From assembly GCA_030141605.1 (NCBI GenBank), contig JAQGDQ010000320.1, positions 186,001 to 250,000 of the forward strand: a stretch of 64,000 nucleotides of DNA, read 5' to 3'. The position numbers and the translations under genes are program-made. Under the pieces are notes generated by a model that ran no database searches, was not told the origin of the DNA, and was given only the letters and a program-made list of their open reading frames with translations. Of the stretch, positions 60,779 to 64,000 are shown in pieces. This DNA is from Tubiluchus corallicola (taxonomy: Eukaryota > Animalia > Priapulida). Position 1 is the first letter of the stretch, and every line of letters starts with the position of its first letter.

Positions 60779-63700
60779 AATTACTGTGTACTTTACTGCG
60801 AATGCTTGTATAAACTATAACCTTGCCAATGCTATGTACTGATTCATGGTAAATAGGGCATGATATGCAGCAAGGCTATATACGGTACCACTTTGTGTCA
60901 CGTGGTGCACCTTGCCATGTACTGTTTCGTGATACGTAGGGCATGGTACACAGCGAGATTGAAAAACCCAAGTCACTAAATGCATTGCAAAATTTGTATC
61001 GTGGCTCTGTGTATCACTTTGCTATGTACTGTATCCTATGTACTTTGAGTCGACACATGGCATTGTCATGTGTAGTGAGACAGTGCATGGCAGCATAGTA
61101 CACGGCACAGTGATACATGGGGATGTTAAGCATGCGCAAGTGTCCCACATAAGCATTCCCAAACCATAATGTCTGCTGGCAGTAGCTGTTTATTAGTATT
61201 ACAAGTTTGCTGTCCACTTGCAGAAGAGAGAGAGAGATGCTGATAAGCTAATAGACGGGTGTCAAGAAAGCACAAACACCCACATAGTGTTTTGTAATAT
61301 TTTGAAATTAATTCATTATTTGCAGTGGTAAAGCATTAGTTCCTCAAATAACTACGATCTATATTTGCTTACTAGCATCTACTGTACACCGAAAATTTTC
61401 ACTGGCGAATTTTCCCGTTTGCTATTAAATTGCTGTTCCCGCACGCATGTTATCAGATTTTTGTATTGAGTGATTCCGCTCATTGTTTAATTGTAGGCTT
61501 ACTTGCTTTAACCTAAACAATTCATATATTGGTCTAGCTATGGGCAGGTTTTTGCTTTATCGTTCATCCAATAGATAACAGCAACTGTGCTCAATTTTTC
61601 CTATGTGTTAACATCTATGTCGTTTTGATGATGTAGTAATTTTTCATTTCATTCACCGGATTGCATTTACCACTTCTGTGCGTAAGAACCCAGCATTGCA
61701 GCTTCACCCACAAATGTTATAATAGGATTTTGTTCCTTTCTATTTCATTCTCTTCTCTTTTTCTCAATCTTTGTCTATTATTTTATCTTAACTATCTATC
61801 TATCTTTTATATCATCTCATATATGAGCTTCATTCATTACATCATTCCATTCTGTAGCACTCATGTTTTCTTTATCATACGATTCACTTCAAATTTTTAG
61901 ATTATTTTCATTACTTTTTTTTCTATCACTGTGTGGGACAATCTAACAAGCCCTGCTTTTTGATTGCCCGCAACATGTTTACATTTGTATATATAACAAA
62001 CCTAAATTATGGTATATCTAAACTAGTTATGTGCTCAATGTAAATTGTATACGAATTTACTAAGCAACATACAACAGCGATAATTCTCTTGTTTATCTTT
62101 CAACCCCACAGTGTTTTGAGAGTCAAGTTAGTATATTTGTAATGATGCTGTACATAACGTTGTTTAGACACCAGTATTAAAGGAAGTAGGGATATCACTA
62201 TCTTTGTTTAACCTAGGTTGACCTAAACTGACCTAAAGACAGTTTAAATCATTTTTCCAAAATTTGCTTCCTATTATATATCTTACTGTTTGCTATTCAT
62301 TGAATTATTAATAACTTTTTTTTTCTTTTAATCTATAAATTGTGTATTTGTGTTGATGTAAATTAAGTAAACAATAAACAATGCTGCTGGTCTTCTGCTC
62401 TAAGGAGGCTACTGCACAGCAACATTTGACAAGGCTTTTTCAAATGATATATACGTCTGCAGAATGCTTGCCAATAAGACCAGGTCTCAGACAACTAAAT
62501 AAATGTAATAAAGTAACAATAAAGATAAATTGTAAACTAGAAATTGAACTAGTGTTTATGTTTGTGCAGTTTTGTATTTTATCTATGTAGTATTTTCATG
62601 TTCTCAGAATGAAAATGAAAGCTGCTGAGAACATGAAAGCATTACATAGATAAAATTTTGCGGCCATTTCACGCACTTCTTTGCAACAAAATACTCAAGT
62701 TTGCTGGATTTGATACTGCAAAAGAAGGACAATAAAACTGTAGCGAATGCATAGGCCCTTTTTGGTTTTTATTTAGTTACTGCCACGGTGCTGCCACCTG
62801 TTTGTTTATTTAGTAGGCTTTTTATATTTTACAGCAGTCACTCTTTTAAAATTGAAGCACCTAATATCCTTGAATACATTAGCATTTTAGTCTTTCGTGA
62901 GCTATAGCTGTAGTAGTTGTATGACATTTTACCCGTCTTTTGGTTCTCTCCGCCATTGCTCTAGTGTTGTGTGTATGATGAGCATTATGACTCTAAATTT
63001 CTTACGAGTTTATTGTTGTGACATTGTTGTTCTTAAGGCCTTGGAGTTCTCATTCCTGTCTTTGTAAATGTTAAAGGCTCTAACAACGTAAGTTATTGTT
63101 AATTAATTTTAATATAGTTTACATAATTTTTATATCAGTTTTCTTAGTTATAGTCATACATCTAATCATGTGATGAACTCTCTTCTACTCGATGCAAATT
63201 AGACTAATTGTTAATAATTGTATTGCAGAATAAAGAAACTTTTGGTCAACACATTAAACTGGTGTTTTGCATCCATTTCAAAAACAGTACATTTTACTTT
63301 CCAAAATGCCATAAATACAACATTGTTACATGTTTTACAAAGAAGCTGTTAGTACAACAAAATGGAGCAAAATGTGAATTCACCATAATATTGATGTATC
63401 GTCTCACACCAAGAAGGTAGACTTGCACAGGATTGAGCAGAAGGCAACATGTAAAAAGAAGATGTAAAAGATGCAATATAAAAAAGCAAAAAAAAAATGA
63501 AATGCAAGGGTTTTAGTAAGAGTAAGGAGATAATATGATGGTTTCATTCTCATGAGAATGTAAAGAGAAACAGATCAATCAGCTGAGTCACTGCAAACAT
63601 CTGTGTGGTGTACTTATGAAAAGTGATAGGTAAATTTTCCTACTTGTAGGGAAAGAGTCGGTAAAAATGCTTCATGGGCAACTTTTGTTTGAGTCATTAT

Positions 63701-64000
63701 GGCCCTATATTTTAGGTGTTTCATGCTAGTTTGTTGGCCCTGTTTGTGACCATGTAATGTGCCTGTGTTTGTTGTGTTTTATTCTGATTGAGAGTAAATT
63801 ATACATGTTCTTTCTGTACTTTATTCTTTCTGTGCTTTGGCTTAATAAACTAAACTTATAATATTGAATTAAGTAACTAATGCGCCTCAAAGTTGTATTT
63901 AGTGTGAGTAATTGACAATTAATGTAACTAGGCATACATCAATATACGTCACATTATTTTTTTATGTGCAGATATTTGGTGCACTGACGTTGTACTGTGC

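Noticed and set aside
60800-64000. Short ORFs in the last 3 kb
   Set aside because: Low-complexity AT-rich translations with no phase-consistent exon chain or recognisable domain.

Overview
AT-rich, intron- and transposon-dense animal (invertebrate-like) genomic DNA; the species cannot be determined from the sequence. All gene models were built by hand from splice sites and phase matching. (1) 1-1823 (+): last three exons of an unidentified gene ending ...KRRVVIESDSE*. (2) 5725-30051 (-): complete 14-exon cytoplasmic aspartyl-tRNA synthetase (DARS1, about 535 aa). Its introns contain MITEs, a tRNA-derived SINE, a solo LTR, an RTE-like LINE remnant and minisatellites. (3) About 34017-38118 and 41472-44547 (+): two diverged tandem paralogues of an unrecognised about 525-aa multi-pass membrane protein. 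Each is encoded almost entirely by one about 1.5-kb exon behind a short leader exon; horizontal acquisition is a candidate origin. (4) 47006-56408 (-): a nuclear-regulator gene whose three common exons (one C2H2 finger) end in a phase-1 donor. That donor fits in frame onto either of two terminal exons, each with its own stop and AATAAA: a BEN-domain exon or a 3.75-kb exon with a catalytically degenerate Crypton-derived (QRICH1/ZMYM/KCTD1-type DUF3504) domain. This mod(mdg4)/lola-like swappable C-terminus and the orphan membrane-protein pair are the most interesting observations.
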